Of a stretch of 64,000 nt of DNA, positions 19,057-28,616 are shown one piece after another (position 1 is the first letter of the stretch; the number at the start of each line of letters is the position of its first letter). A program made the translations under genes and the position numbers. The stretch spans positions 172,310 to 236,309 of the IMG/VR virus record IMGVR_UViG_3300032322_002561, one strand, 5' to 3'. The notes beneath the pieces were generated by a model. The model saw only the letters and a list, made by a program, of their open reading frames with translations, was not told the origin of the DNA and ran no database searches.

Positions 19057-19306
19057 ATAAATGTGCTAGAGCACCGTATTTGAGTTTCATAAAAACTGCG
19101 TCTTGATCCGTGCGGAAAAACCAAGTCATGTGTTCAGTTGAGATATCTGTGACATAACGATCGCCGGGTAAACCAAAAGTTTCCACGCACCAGATGCTGA
19201 TGTCGTTCCACTGGGTTTCGTTTTCAGCACCGGCACCCCACTGTATGGTCACTGGGTAGTCATATCCTGATTCACGCAACGTAGCGTTTCCTGATATATT
19301 TGTCAC
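19043..19306 (-). CDS. Hypothetical protein (WC.E.FG family); start uncertain
   Basis: WCVETFGLPGDRY...F.F....DA.F..LK. Confidence 0.7.
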   Translation of the reverse strand: MTNISGNATLRESGYDYPVTIQWGAGAENETQWNDISIWCVETFGLPGDRYVTDISTEHMTWFFRTDQDAVFMKLKYGALAHLYDYR

Positions 19307-19517
19307 ACCAGGCTATGTCACCAGGAGCATAATACAAGTGATTGTCAGTTATACCAAAACGATTGCAAAAACTCTGACCATATCGCTGACCGTGCAAGGC
19401 TTCCCAGATAAAATCTCGTCGCCACAGTTCATAATCTTCTTCAGTAATAGAGGTTTGTTCTTGCCCCGACCTATCAGCAAAAGCCACAAATTGTTCAAAC
19501 ACTCGTTCACCAGTCAT
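19272..19517 (-). CDS. Hypothetical protein
   Basis: RYGQSFCN.F motif; TAATG coupling. Confidence 0.7.
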   Translation of the reverse strand: MTGERVFEQFVAFADRSGQEQTSITEEDYELWRRDFIWEALHGQRYGQSFCNRFGITDNHLYYAPGDIAWCDKYIRKRYVA

Positions 19518-19744
19518 TACAATACCTTTATTAAACCATAAACGTAAACCAACAATAAACTAGCATTGACCACAATCAGGCTCCATTCACGCCACATAAT
19601 ACTGGTGATCAACCAGGCCAGGCTACCCAAATTCAGCAGGTAAATGCTGGTAGGGTGCAGGCCTTCCACTATGGCCAAGGCAGCCAGCAACATGATACCA
19701 GTGCTGACCCACTTCATTGTCTCTGTTGCAGATATATTCTTCAT
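19517..19744 (-). CDS. Small membrane protein
   Basis: KW..T hydrophobic helices, W.E.SLIVVN. Confidence 0.75.
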   Translation of the reverse strand: MKNISATETMKWVSTGIMLLAALAIVEGLHPTSIYLLNLGSLAWLITSIMWREWSLIVVNASLLLVYVYGLIKVL

Positions 19745-19750
19745 CTTACT

Positions 19751-19780
19751 ATTATACTACATGATTACCATTGTTGTCAA
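19751..19780 (-). promoter_or_regulatory. sigma70-type promoter
   Basis: TTGACA-N18-TATAAT. Confidence 0.65.
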
Positions 19781-20282
19781 CTTCCACCCAGGTATAATCT
19801 CCCAACCATTTTACCCGGCAAACGTATTCCCAATCCAAGGGTTGACCGGTGGTCCAATCTTCAGGTCCGGTTTGAGTCAATAAGGTTCCGCCGTGTCTAA
19901 GATCATGTGCCAACCAGTAACACTGCCCGTGATAGATTTGGAAACTGTATCGGGCCGCGTGTACCCAATCGGTTATTTCCAATCGACGTCGGACCGATTC
20001 GGCCTGCTGTTGTAAAACTGCTACAAGAGTCATGATACGATCATATTCCTGTTGAGCATGCATCCTGGCCACATTGACCATGATGTCTTTTTGCTTTTCC
20101 ACAGGTATAAGATCAAACGCAGGGCCACCAACTTCGGTGGGATATGGTGTGACATTGCGGTTGATGAATGCCACAAGATCGCCGCCCACTTCCATGTCAG
20201 CACTGGTCCTACCATCCGCAACGTTTGATTTGATCTTGGTCAAGGGATTGTTGGGATCATCGGGTGGCAGAACGAATCCCAT
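19752..20282 (-). CDS. DUF2452-like protein
   Basis: PYPT.VG.PAF, coiled coil, A.Y.F....G..Y.L, L...GP.DW, D.TW. Confidence 0.65.
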   Translation of the reverse strand: MGFVLPPDDPNNPLTKIKSNVADGRTSADMEVGGDLVAFINRNVTPYPTEVGGPAFDLIPVEKQKDIMVNVARMHAQQEYDRIMTLVAVLQQQAESVRRRLEITDWVHAARYSFQIYHGQCYWLAHDLRHGGTLLTQTGPEDWTTGQPLDWEYVCRVKWLGDYTWVEVDNNGNHVV

Positions 20283-21007
20283 CAGTCCCAGAGATTTTCG
20301 TAGTATTTGCCAAACAAGCGGAAGCCATTGGTGATACGAGCTTGTACCTTCTGGGCACCTTCGGCATCATATACATGAGTGTCATTGGGTCCTTTGCGCA
20401 TTTCATAGAAACGGTGCTCGCCCTTGGGCACTTCGTTGCCATCCTTGTCCACTGGCACCCACTTGATGTCATGCTCGCCGCTGTGGAACTCCGCGGCCCA
20501 GTCATCTTTGGCCTTCATTTCAAAGGCAAAGATCATTTCGTCCAGGATCCAGTCCCAACGCTGGTAATGTAGGCTGTCGGTATCCCACTCGTATTCCTTG
20601 GGTTGGGCCATGTGGCTACGCAAGTATTCAGGCACATCCTCATCGTCAGTAAACGGAGCACCATGCTTGGTTTCTCGTAGTTGTCGGAGCATGGGCAAAA
20701 TAATGTCAGCTAAGGTATGATCCATGCTCCAGGTATCCCAGCGATCAATCCGCACATAGTCGATGCGTGGGTGGATTCGGTCCAAGAACCACTGTATGGC
20801 TTGACTGACGGGGCTTAGCCGATCGGCCCAGCGTTCTACCCAGTCCGGTGGTTCAATGTATTTGTATTTGCCGTCGGCTTCGTCAATGGCCGTTTGTAAA
20901 GTGCTCTTGCGACTGCACTTTGACCAGTCAGTCCAAAAGAATACATAGTCCAAAATTTTGTACGGACTGATCCAATGACTGCGATAGCACGATTTATAAA
21001 CTTTCAT
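20282..21007 (-). CDS. Conserved phage hypothetical protein
   Basis: DTWSMDHTLA.II.PML.QL...KHG.P and GF.LFGKYY..LWD. Confidence 0.85.
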   Translation of the reverse strand: MKVYKSCYRSHWISPYKILDYVFFWTDWSKCSRKSTLQTAIDEADGKYKYIEPPDWVERWADRLSPVSQAIQWFLDRIHPRIDYVRIDRWDTWSMDHTLADIILPMLRQLRETKHGAPFTDDEDVPEYLRSHMAQPKEYEWDTDSLHYQRWDWILDEMIFAFEMKAKDDWAAEFHSGEHDIKWVPVDKDGNEVPKGEHRFYEMRKGPNDTHVYDAEGAQKVQARITNGFRLFGKYYENLWD

Positions 21008-21387
21008 TTTAATCCCTTGTCTTCCATTCCTTGTTTGTACCAGTCGATGAATTTGTTGTCTTCAACCGATCGCAAACTGATCATTTGCCCATTTTCAAAT
21101 TCTGCTTCATACTCAATCCAGGCATCGGCTCGATATCCGCCGGCCTCCTGGTTTTCACGATAAAATCTTACAACGCCCGAAAGATCTTCACACAATTTCC
21201 AGTGTCGATTGTGTTGCTCAATGTAACCACCAAACAAAGCACCAGGATCTGCAACCCACTCGGCTTCGTACTGCTCTTCCCATATTCTACCCTGCTCGTC
21301 TATGCGATATTCATCACATAGTTGACGCGGTGTGTCCTTGCTTTGATACCGGTGGCCATCGAACTCCAGCCAGTCAAACATGCCCAT
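21004..21387 (-). CDS. Conserved phage hypothetical protein
   Basis: MGMFD....QSKD, EY.A.F..G. Confidence 0.8.
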   Translation of the reverse strand: MGMFDWLEFDGHRYQSKDTPRQLCDEYRIDEQGRIWEEQYEAEWVADPGALFGGYIEQHNRHWKLCEDLSGVVRFYRENQEAGGYRADAWIEYEAEFENGQMISLRSVEDNKFIDWYKQGMEDKGLK

Positions 21388-21614
21388 TATTTAATGCCTA
21401 ATGTTGCTGGACAGTGATCCAGTTCCTGCACTCCCGGACCTTCGTAAAAATGTGCATCGGCATCTATGATCTTGATACGCATGTCTGTGTGACGAATATC
21501 ATAGTCCTTGAAATCATAGTTGGCATCATACTGTCTAAACACATAACGATCTCCGCCGCACCAGATCAAATAGCCAACTTCTCCATTGGCCGTGCGTGAT
21601 TTTGGTTTTACCAT
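21387..21614 (-). CDS. Hypothetical protein
   Basis: FR.Y.....F.DYDI.H.D, LDH.P.TLG. Confidence 0.75.
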   Translation of the reverse strand: MVKPKSRTANGEVGYLIWCGGDRYVFRQYDANYDFKDYDIRHTDMRIKIIDADAHFYEGPGVQELDHCPATLGIK

Positions 21615-21817
21615 GTGCTTACATCCGTAATGTTTACTGTGGTATCTGTGTCTTTGTCAGCGTCACCAAATGCGTTGAACTTGACTACAATGCCAGTGCC
21701 GATGCCACTGCTGTGATCTGTTTCTATAGTGAACCATTCTACTTCTTTGAAGTGATTGGTTATTTCAAACAACTTTTCTAACTGCCTACGATTTAATGCT
21801 ATTTCTGTCATTACCAT
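21608..21817 (-). CDS. Hypothetical protein
   Basis: SSGIG and ITDVSTW motifs. Confidence 0.75.
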   Translation of the reverse strand: MVMTEIALNRRQLEKLFEITNHFKEVEWFTIETDHSSGIGTGIVVKFNAFGDADKDTDTTVNITDVSTW

Positions 21818-21993
21818 GTGCCGTCATCCTTCCAAGCTCGTACAGTTAAAAACAACCATCCCACTGTGATGGTTTGGGAATGTGGGCCAGCCCACTCGTC
21901 CTGGGCCCAACTGTGCCAGAGCATCCAACGCCAGTGCGCTGGATTCACAGTTATTATAACACTGGCTCCGCTGTATCGCAACCATTTAAACAT
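21811..21993 (-). CDS. Trp-rich hypothetical protein
   Basis: Overlap-coupled ORF ending DDGTW. Confidence 0.65.
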   Translation of the reverse strand: MFKWLRYSGASVIITVNPAHWRWMLWHSWAQDEWAGPHSQTITVGWLFLTVRAWKDDGTW

Positions 21994-22360
21994 CTCGAAC
22001 TCCGCTTTCTAGCCACTGTGCCAAGGGTTCATATTCGATTCGGCTCCAATCAATTTCTTCAGTCAGCACGTCAATCTGGATGCCTTGTTCCTGGGCTTTG
22101 TCAATCATATTACTCAAAACTGTGCCGCCATAGCCGTTGGTGCCATACCTGTCAGCATGGCATCGATACACCGAACCCGAACTTCCATCAAACTCCCAAT
22201 AAGGATCTGCCCAGGTAGCACGAACAATACCTGAATTCAACTTCCAAGAATCTGATCCGGCATATCCGCCCGACCAGGTGGCAAACACCTTGTATAACAC
22301 TTCGGTGGGTGCGTGTATGCGTATGACCATCCAACGGTCTGGGGTATAGTCTGTCATCAA
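21986..22360 (-). CDS. Conserved phage hypothetical protein
   Basis: YTPD.W, W.GGY..SDSW.LNSGI, G.SGSVY.C. Confidence 0.85.
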   Translation of the reverse strand: MMTDYTPDRWMVIRIHAPTEVLYKVFATWSGGYAGSDSWKLNSGIVRATWADPYWEFDGSSGSVYRCHADRYGTNGYGGTVLSNMIDKAQEQGIQIDVLTEEIDWSRIEYEPLAQWLESGVRDV

Positions 22361-22554
22361 CTTCCTCCTCCTACAAATGCATGATGCATCAAATAATTAA
22401 TCACACTGTCTGATCCCTGTGCCCATTGTGCCTCGGGTGTGCGATCATCAAATGCCCGATTGGGACTGGTCCACCAGTCTTCAACATGGTCTGAGCCAAC
22501 CAAGCTGGCCACAAGATTGTTGGCAATGTTGCGAAATTCTTGTTCAGTATTCAT
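22357..22554 (-). CDS. Xre/MbcA/ParS C-terminal (DUF2384)-like small protein
   Basis: W..SPN.AF..RTP resembles the W...pN.al.g.tP toxin-binding signature. Confidence 0.5.
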   Translation of the reverse strand: MNTEQEFRNIANNLVASLVGSDHVEDWWTSPNRAFDDRTPEAQWAQGSDSVINYLMHHAFVGGGS

Positions 22555-23372
22555 CAGTATAAGTCCACGTAAATGAGTTCAAACTCTTTAGCCCGTTGCT
22601 CGTACTGCACGTAGCCTCTGGGATTACATAAAATCCTTGTTCCGCCCACACCATAGTCAAATGGGTCATGAGTGTGACCGTGTATCCATAACTGTATCTG
22701 TGGATTGTCAAGAATAAACTCATCCATGTCTGTGATAAAACAACCGTTCATTAATTTGTCATGCGCATATTTTTCATGAATACTGCCTTTGCTGGGCGCA
22801 TGATGAGTTACAACCACCACACGATTGTCTGTGCGACCACTCTCACGATAATTATCCATGCAGTTTTGTAGATAACCCACCATGCGGCTATGATCACGCA
22901 AGGCATGTTTGGGCAAGAACTTCCAGCTTACTGTGTCGTCTGAGTTCTTGACACCGTGATAGTCGTTCATGGCCGTGGCCGCATTGTGCATGGTAAACGT
23001 GTCCATGTCATTGAAGTCGGTCCACAAGGTGCCGCCGTGAAAGTCATAGCCATCTATCTCAACACTTTGCTTGTCTAATAAGGTGATGTTGGTGATATGG
23101 TGTAGATCACAAAATGTTCTAAACCGCTCAGTACCCTTGGCAAAGTCTCCGCTGTAGTGTTCGTGGTTGCCCATGACATACAAGGTTCTAGGAAACTCTG
23201 CGCTCACACGCTGAAAGAAACCTCTGGCTCGATCGCCACGCTCGCTTTGCTTGTCTAGGTCCTTGAGCATGACAATGTCGCCGGCAAGAATCAAGACATC
23301 GGCACCCTGTTCGTTCACAAGGTTGATGTCTCCAAATTCCACATGTAGATCAGATGCTATGGCCAGCTTCAT
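22554..23372 (-). CDS. Calcineurin-like metallophosphoesterase
   Basis: SDLH.E, LAGD, GNHEHY, THHAP, HGHTH, NPRGY. Confidence 0.92.
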   Translation of the reverse strand: MKLAIASDLHVEFGDINLVNEQGADVLILAGDIVMLKDLDKQSERGDRARGFFQRVSAEFPRTLYVMGNHEHYSGDFAKGTERFRTFCDLHHITNITLLDKQSVEIDGYDFHGGTLWTDFNDMDTFTMHNAATAMNDYHGVKNSDDTVSWKFLPKHALRDHSRMVGYLQNCMDNYRESGRTDNRVVVVTHHAPSKGSIHEKYAHDKLMNGCFITDMDEFILDNPQIQLWIHGHTHDPFDYGVGGTRILCNPRGYVQYEQRAKEFELIYVDLY

Positions 23373-23742
23373 TTTTTTCCTGTTCTTTTAGTTTGCTCAA
23401 TTCGGCTTTGAGTCGTTCAACTAGGGCCGGATCTCCGCCGCTCAAGTAAGCAGTTTTGTCTGGATACTGTTCGCTGAATTTTTTACGAATTTCTGCGATA
23501 TCCACACCTTGGCACAAGAACTGACGATCGGAATCTCTGTAGGCATAAAGTTGTCCACCGTCTTCTTCAACTATGAGCCCAACAAGGCTGGCTCTGACTT
23601 CCTGTAGAGTTTCTTTTACCATGGAATCCAAGTCATTGTGAAAACGCCGTATTACCAACCAAACATAAAGTGCCACAGCACCAATGCCTAGGCCCGCACC
23701 AATCAATATGCTTACTACCAAACCTGTGATATCGTATTCCAC
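23350..23742 (-). CDS. Membrane-anchored hypothetical protein
   Basis: GTG start overlapping upstream TAG; N-terminal TM; Y.Y.....FL.QG motif. Confidence 0.7.
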   Translation of the reverse strand: MEYDITGLVVSILIGAGLGIGAVALYVWLVIRRFHNDLDSMVKETLQEVRASLVGLIVEEDGGQLYAYRDSDRQFLCQGVDIAEIRKKFSEQYPDKTAYLSGGDPALVERLKAELSKLKEQEKNEAGHSI

Positions 23743-24260
23743 TATTTTAGTCCTTTGGCTTCTAGGCCTTCTTTGTACCACTCTGTGAGTGGTTCGGGTT
23801 CTTCATCTTCCACATAACCAAACGCTTCCTCGGCCAACTCCAAATAGCCTTCACGGTCGGTTTGTGCGTCCCTATGATCATCATCTAGGTATTCGCCATC
23901 ATAGCTCACACGACCCGCAAAGGCCATGCCAGGTTCCCAGTATTCCAGAGAGAACTGCACACGTCCGTCCATAGCCGCCCAGGTATGGAAGGCTTCCACA
24001 CAAGGTCCCCAGGCAGTGCTGAACTCAAATGTGATTGAATCTTCTTCGGGCTGATGTTCAAAATACACATCTGAAACGTCCCACTTAGTTCCCCAGTTGT
24101 TGACTCGCCACATGTACCAATCTTGGTCTCCTTCATACTTGGGTTCAGGCACCATCCAACTCAAGAGAGGGGTATCTTCCCGGTTTAGGATTTCTGTGAT
24201 TTCTGCAATCACCGGAGCAGGACCTGAAATGGTCGCACGATTTGAACACCAATTGGGCAT
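23742..24260 (-). CDS. DUF1281/YubB-like protein
   Basis: MPNWC.N, WY.W...NWGTKW, F.TAW.P, Y.EPG..F.G. Confidence 0.85.
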   Translation of the reverse strand: MPNWCSNRATISGPAPVIAEITEILNREDTPLLSWMVPEPKYEGDQDWYMWRVNNWGTKWDVSDVYFEHQPEEDSITFEFSTAWGPCVEAFHTWAAMDGRVQFSLEYWEPGMAFAGRVSYDGEYLDDDHRDAQTDREGYLELAEEAFGYVEDEEPEPLTEWYKEGLEAKGLK

Positions 24261-24288
24261 GTCATCCTCTATTTACTTGTAAAACTAT

Positions 24289-24317
24289 ATTGTAGTTGAT
24301 ATTGAATAATTGGTCAA
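24289..24317 (-). promoter_or_regulatory. sigma70-type promoter
   Basis: TTGACC-N17-TACAAT. Confidence 0.7.
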
Positions 24318-24319
24318 TT

Positions 24320-24350
24320 AAAAGAAAAGCCCCGGCATTGCACCAGGGCC
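24320..24350 (-). terminator. Intrinsic terminator
   Basis: GGCCCTGGTGCAATGCCGGGGC stem followed by TTTTCTTTT on the minus strand. Confidence 0.7.
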
Positions 24351-24388
24351 ATTGAATGATATCACCGAATGGGATATCAGATTGGGAT

Positions 24389-24658
24389 TTAGACCAAACC
24401 CATTGCAAGAGCTTTGTAACCAGCTGCAACAACCTTGCGACTTGGCTTGCCAATCACATACTCTGTCACTTTAACACCATTACCAGCTTTGCGGCTGTTG
24501 GCGTAGACAGCGAAACCAGCTTGGCGAATACGGCTTACTTCGGCCGAAATATTCTTGATACCAAAACGCTTGGCAGCCTGGCTGGCGGTCACAGTTTCAC
24601 CACTGTGTAAAGCATTGAACAACTTGTAAGTCTTAGTTTCTGGATTGAAACGCATCAT
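24389..24658 (-). CDS. Winged helix-turn-helix DNA-binding protein
   Basis: L.SGE..TA.Q...RFGI.N..A.VS.IR..G..VY.N. Confidence 0.75.
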   Translation of the reverse strand: MMRFNPETKTYKLFNALHSGETVTASQAAKRFGIKNISAEVSRIRQAGFAVYANSRKAGNGVKVTEYVIGKPSRKVVAAGYKALAMGLV

Positions 24659-24782
24659 TTTAAATTACCTTTCTAAAAGATAGCTGTTTGCACAGCATTT
24701 TGTTATTATACAATTCATGATTGCACAATACAATATCTTTTGGAGAATAAATCACCAAAATTGTAGGATTTGGCCAAGCAGT

Positions 24783-25130
24783 CTAGGTGAATTGCTTGAT
24801 GTGTCGGCATTGATTCCTAAATTTGAATCCAGAACAGGTACAGGTCCATACCTCGTTCTCTTTGGTCATAGTGTACTCATCGCCTCGACTTCCCACAACT
24901 TTATAAGTCTGACCAACTGGTGTTGATTCCGGTATTTGATAATTGTAACTGTTGGCAACTTCCTTGAACTGGCGCCCACGTGTGTGGAACTGCATGGGTT
25001 TATTGAATTCAATGACTTCGTTGGTACCTTGTTTGACATAAGCATACAATTTGCTTTTGCTGTCATTTAAAAGATAAACATGGTTGGCCCAGTTACCTTT
25101 CCATTTGGTGGTTTCAAGAAAAAATTTCAT
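24783..25130 (-). CDS. SWIM zinc-finger protein
   Basis: V.GS.G..Y, WTCTC.GF.FR..C.H. Confidence 0.8.
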   Translation of the reverse strand: MKFFLETTKWKGNWANHVYLLNDSKSKLYAYVKQGTNEVIEFNKPMQFHTRGRQFKEVANSYNYQIPESTPVGQTYKVVGSRGDEYTMTKENEVWTCTCSGFKFRNQCRHIKQFT

Positions 25131-25134
25131 TGCG

Positions 25135-25545
25135 TCACCATGAACTATTGTAAAAAACACGCAGACCTAAAAATAGTTCTGCCCTGGCGTTTTTGATAAA
25201 CTCAAGATCTTGTTCTTGGTAGTAGTCGTCCGACGGGTTACCAAAAAAGAATCCCGGTGTCACTGGCAACTCTTTGTTCCTTACTGCATGCTCGAGTCGG
25301 TCAAGCATGTCCCAGGTTATCTCAAGTTCGTCACCGTTGAAATCACCGGTATTGCCTTGACTGATCCATTCCTGGCGGAACCAACCATGCAAACCAGAAT
25401 GTTTGCGCCAGTAAGCTAATTCTCTGGGTTTGGTAAGTGCTGTATTGACAAATTCTTTAGTGCTTGCATCCATTGTGGCACCGGCCCACCAGTCGCTGTT
25501 CTGACCAGGACGGCTGGCAATGTAGGCATACATGTCCAGACCCAT
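25135..25545 (-). CDS. Conserved phage hypothetical protein
   Basis: MGLDMY, YWRKH..LHGW, GFFFG, Y.SSW. Confidence 0.85.
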   Translation of the reverse strand: MGLDMYAYIASRPGQNSDWWAGATMDASTKEFVNTALTKPRELAYWRKHSGLHGWFRQEWISQGNTGDFNGDELEITWDMLDRLEHAVRNKELPVTPGFFFGNPSDDYYQEQDLEFIKNARAELFLGLRVFYNSSW

Positions 25546-25760
25546 TATTTCATCTCCATTATGCGTCGAATTGCGGCTGTGGCTTCTGGAAAGCCTTGAC
25601 GCTCACGACTTGATACCATGGCTTCAATCAGTTCCATCTGTGTTTCGTGCAGGCCACCCACAAAGGTCATGATCTGGTCTCGTGTGAGTGTCATCTTGAT
25701 GTTGGCAATGGTGTACTTTTTGCGTTGCTCACGATCTTCTTCAAAATCATCTTCGTACAT
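25545..25760 (-). CDS. Hypothetical protein
   Basis: TAATG-coupled. Confidence 0.65.
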   Translation of the reverse strand: MYEDDFEEDREQRKKYTIANIKMTLTRDQIMTFVGGLHETQMELIEAMVSSRERQGFPEATAAIRRIMEMK

Positions 25761-25963
25761 TACACAGTCTCCTGTTCGTTGATTGAACTCAACCCACCGT
25801 CAAGATCAATTTCCAGATTTTCTTCGTCACAGTCACGAGCAAAAATACGCTCAACGTCATCATATGAAACATAATCCTTGAAATAGATATAGGTTTCAAG
25901 GCTGGTGCGGCCACGGGCCTGCCACTCCATGATTTCAATTTCGATGTCTTTGAAGAATCCCAT
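25760..25963 (-). CDS. Hypothetical protein
   Basis: MGFFKD start, TAATG-coupled. Confidence 0.65.
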   Translation of the reverse strand: MGFFKDIEIEIMEWQARGRTSLETYIYFKDYVSYDDVERIFARDCDEENLEIDLDGGLSSINEQETV

Positions 25964-26274
25964 TATTGTGCCTCCGCATAAAATTCTGCATCCAAATCGG
26001 CTGACCATTCGGCATACTCTTGTGGATTGATAACATCGGGCTCATCTTCCACTACCCAACCGGCCGCACGCAATTCGGCACGACCTTGTGGTGTCTCTTT
26101 CATGGCATCCATGACGTCATGGATACGGTTGATCTGCTCAACCAGGAACGCACGGTCCTGCCACTGCTCTGGAGTGGCACTCCTAGGACGCCAACCATAA
26201 AAGTCCTTGTGGAAATCGCTGTAATAGCCTTGTAGATCTTCTACTGTAAGTTCTGCAAAATTGCTGTGTGCCAT
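25963..26274 (-). CDS. Conserved phage early protein
   Basis: YSD.HKD.YG.RPR motif; promoter and SD. Confidence 0.8.
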   Translation of the reverse strand: MAHSNFAELTVEDLQGYYSDFHKDFYGWRPRSATPEQWQDRAFLVEQINRIHDVMDAMKETPQGRAELRAAGWVVEDEPDVINPQEYAEWSADLDAEFYAEAQ

Positions 26275-26303
26275 TGCTTTGCTCCTTTATTGTTTATAAT
26301 TGT

Positions 26304-26332
26304 ATTATAACAAATGGGCCTTTTTTGGTCAA
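26304..26332 (-). promoter_or_regulatory. sigma70-type early promoter
   Basis: TTGACC-N17-TATAAT. Confidence 0.8.
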
Positions 26333-26383
26333 TCTGCTAGATGTTGTTTTAATACAACGGTTTCAGCAGTTACTAAGTATGGC

Positions 26384-27514
26384 ATGCACTGTCAATTTTT
26401 AAATCACGGTCTAGCTCTGAGTTACGATCAAGTGGTCAAACCATGTTGTCTTTGGAACTATGATTCCGCTTGGTCAAAAAACAACAAACTTGGTCAAACG
26501 GATCTACAAAATTGGCACCAAAGCGCACAGGTAATTGCCATAAGAAATGAACTAGAACAAGGACAGTGGCCAAAACACTGTTCAGCCTGCCAAGAGGTTG
26601 AAGCACATGGTCGAGGCGACAGCATTCGCGGCAATGGTAATCAGGCCTATCAACACTATGCCAAAAATGACATTACCTTGGAAATTCGACCTGGTTCGGT
26701 GTGTAATTTTGCTTGCCAAACCTGTTGGCCAGAAGCATCTAGTCGAGTGGCACAATATTATCATCAAGCCAATCTGATAGATATAAAAAACATTGATTCG
26801 CATGAATACAAAAATTTTGATTTTTTATTGCCAGTGGCACCACGTATCAAAGATGTCATAGTACTGGGTGGAGAACCATTCTTTGACAAAGACTGTTTGA
26901 ATTTTCTTGACTGGGCCTCTCAACATTTACGTTCCAAAATTACTTTGTTTACAAATGGCAGCCAAGTTAGATGGGACTGGATCCACAATTATAAAGACCC
27001 AATTGTCATGGTTTTTAGTCTTGACGCTACGAATCGTCAAGCTGAATATATTCGTTTTGGTACTGACTGGAACACTGTGGTAAAAAACTTTGAGCGTGCT
27101 CGACAAATAGCGCATGTTGAAGCAAGAGTCAACATCACTGTATCGGTCTATAACTATCACTATGTGGGAAATTTGATTGAGTATCTATTACAAGATTGGC
27201 CCAGTGTGGTCAGTTTTGGCACGGCCTGGCAAGATCACTTGCAGGAATGTGTGGTTCCTTTAGCACATAGACCTGCCATAATTGATAGCTTGCTGAAAAC
27301 CATACAAAAACTTGAATCTAGCACAGTAGAATTCAATCAGCGACAAAATGCCATAAATGCTCTACTAGCCACTGTGAACAATCTAACACAGGTAGACTTT
27401 GATCCCGTGTTGTTTGAAAAATTTCAGCAGTTTGTGACGTCTATGGATCAAGTCAAAAAAATCAACATTCATAATTATTGTCCAGAAGTAAGCGAATATT
27501 TTTCATGTGATTGA
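26384..27514 (+). CDS. Radical SAM protein with N-terminal SPASM/Twitch-like Cys cluster
   Basis: CNFACQTC (CxxxCxxC), GGEP, TNG, SLD, YIR.G..W; PCC...C..C at N-terminus. Confidence 0.9.
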   Translation: MHCQFLNHGLALSYDQVVKPCCLWNYDSAWSKNNKLGQTDLQNWHQSAQVIAIRNELEQGQWPKHCSACQEVEAHGRGDSIRGNGNQAYQHYAKNDITLEIRPGSVCNFACQTCWPEASSRVAQYYHQANLIDIKNIDSHEYKNFDFLLPVAPRIKDVIVLGGEPFFDKDCLNFLDWASQHLRSKITLFTNGSQVRWDWIHNYKDPIVMVFSLDATNRQAEYIRFGTDWNTVVKNFERARQIAHVEARVNITVSVYNYHYVGNLIEYLLQDWPSVVSFGTAWQDHLQECVVPLAHRPAIIDSLLKTIQKLESSTVEFNQRQNAINALLATVNNLTQVDFDPVLFEKFQQFVTSMDQVKKINIHNYCPEVSEYFSCD

Positions 27515-28616
27515 CAGCGTTTTTTTGATCACTCAAGGCCTTGGTCAATCCTGGCACATTTTTTTCAATCAAGGCACGACTCACAGTGCTGTTCATGATT
27601 TGTGCCAGTGCTAGATCTTGCGGCAAATGCAAAAACATCTTGAACAAATCTAAATCGCGCAAGGGTGTCCATGTGATAGTATTACCAAGATGCCAGTGTT
27701 GCCAGTCATTGATATTGATATTACACAGCGTCCATACCAGATCATTCCAATCCTTGGCTGGCTGATAAGTGGTCATCTGTGTGGCAAATAATTCTGTGTA
27801 CTGTTTGAAGTATTCACTGTGCAAACATTTTGGATCCTGCATTAACTGATTTAAAATGCTAGTTCCATGGTGCAACAAATAGTAATTGGCGGTGACCGGA
27901 CTACGTAGAGTAAACTCATCTCCAGGAGTTCCAGACACCAACACCGTGGACTTGGTCCAGTGATGTATCTGTGTATATCCCCAATTTTTTTGAATAGTGC
28001 TGTGATTGCTCAACCAAAACCAATCAAAATCACAGTGCTGGTTCCACACTAACTCGTGTGGTAGGTCATAGAATTTTACGTAGCTGTACAGCAACAAGGT
28101 ATCCACCCCGCCACTTAAAAATACCTTGAGAGGACTTTGCAACTGCTTGGAAAATTCTAATATCTTGCTCGACAACAAATCATCAATGTCACTGATGGTG
28201 GTTGGAGCACAATCAACTTGACCAATCACATCAAATTTGCTTTCCACCACAGTCAAGTCCTCATGTAACTCAATAACACTGTCACACCAGGCCGTGCGGC
28301 TCTTGGCCAACAAGTTATTGACTCCAGTGTGGTCAATGTAAATGGGGAAACTTCTATATTTGTCGGTATGAATCTTGAGCACCTGGTCTTTGACTGCCAG
28401 CACACAAAAATTACCGGTTAAACTGGGAGTGGTCTGATTGATCACCTGTTCCAACAAGGATTCCAACGGCGCTGTGTCTACATAGCCTTTGTATAAAATT
28501 TCAATCTGGTTGATTTTGCCACGTTGCCATCCAGAGTCTGTGCTGACTAGAAAATTACCCAGGTGCCAATGGCAAGGATAATTTTCTTGGTGTTGTTTTG
28601 CTATTTCAAAAAACAT
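27462..28616 (-). CDS. Asparagine synthetase-like / PP-loop ATPase
   Basis: D.YRSFPIY, FLSGGVDT, G..GDE. Confidence 0.7.
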   Translation of the reverse strand: MFFEIAKQHQENYPCHWHLGNFLVSTDSGWQRGKINQIEILYKGYVDTAPLESLLEQVINQTTPSLTGNFCVLAVKDQVLKIHTDKYRSFPIYIDHTGVNNLLAKSRTAWCDSVIELHEDLTVVESKFDVIGQVDCAPTTISDIDDLLSSKILEFSKQLQSPLKVFLSGGVDTLLLYSYVKFYDLPHELVWNQHCDFDWFWLSNHSTIQKNWGYTQIHHWTKSTVLVSGTPGDEFTLRSPVTANYYLLHHGTSILNQLMQDPKCLHSEYFKQYTELFATQMTTYQPAKDWNDLVWTLCNININDWQHWHLGNTITWTPLRDLDLFKMFLHLPQDLALAQIMNSTVSRALIEKNVPGLTKALSDQKNAVNHMKNIRLLLDNNYEC

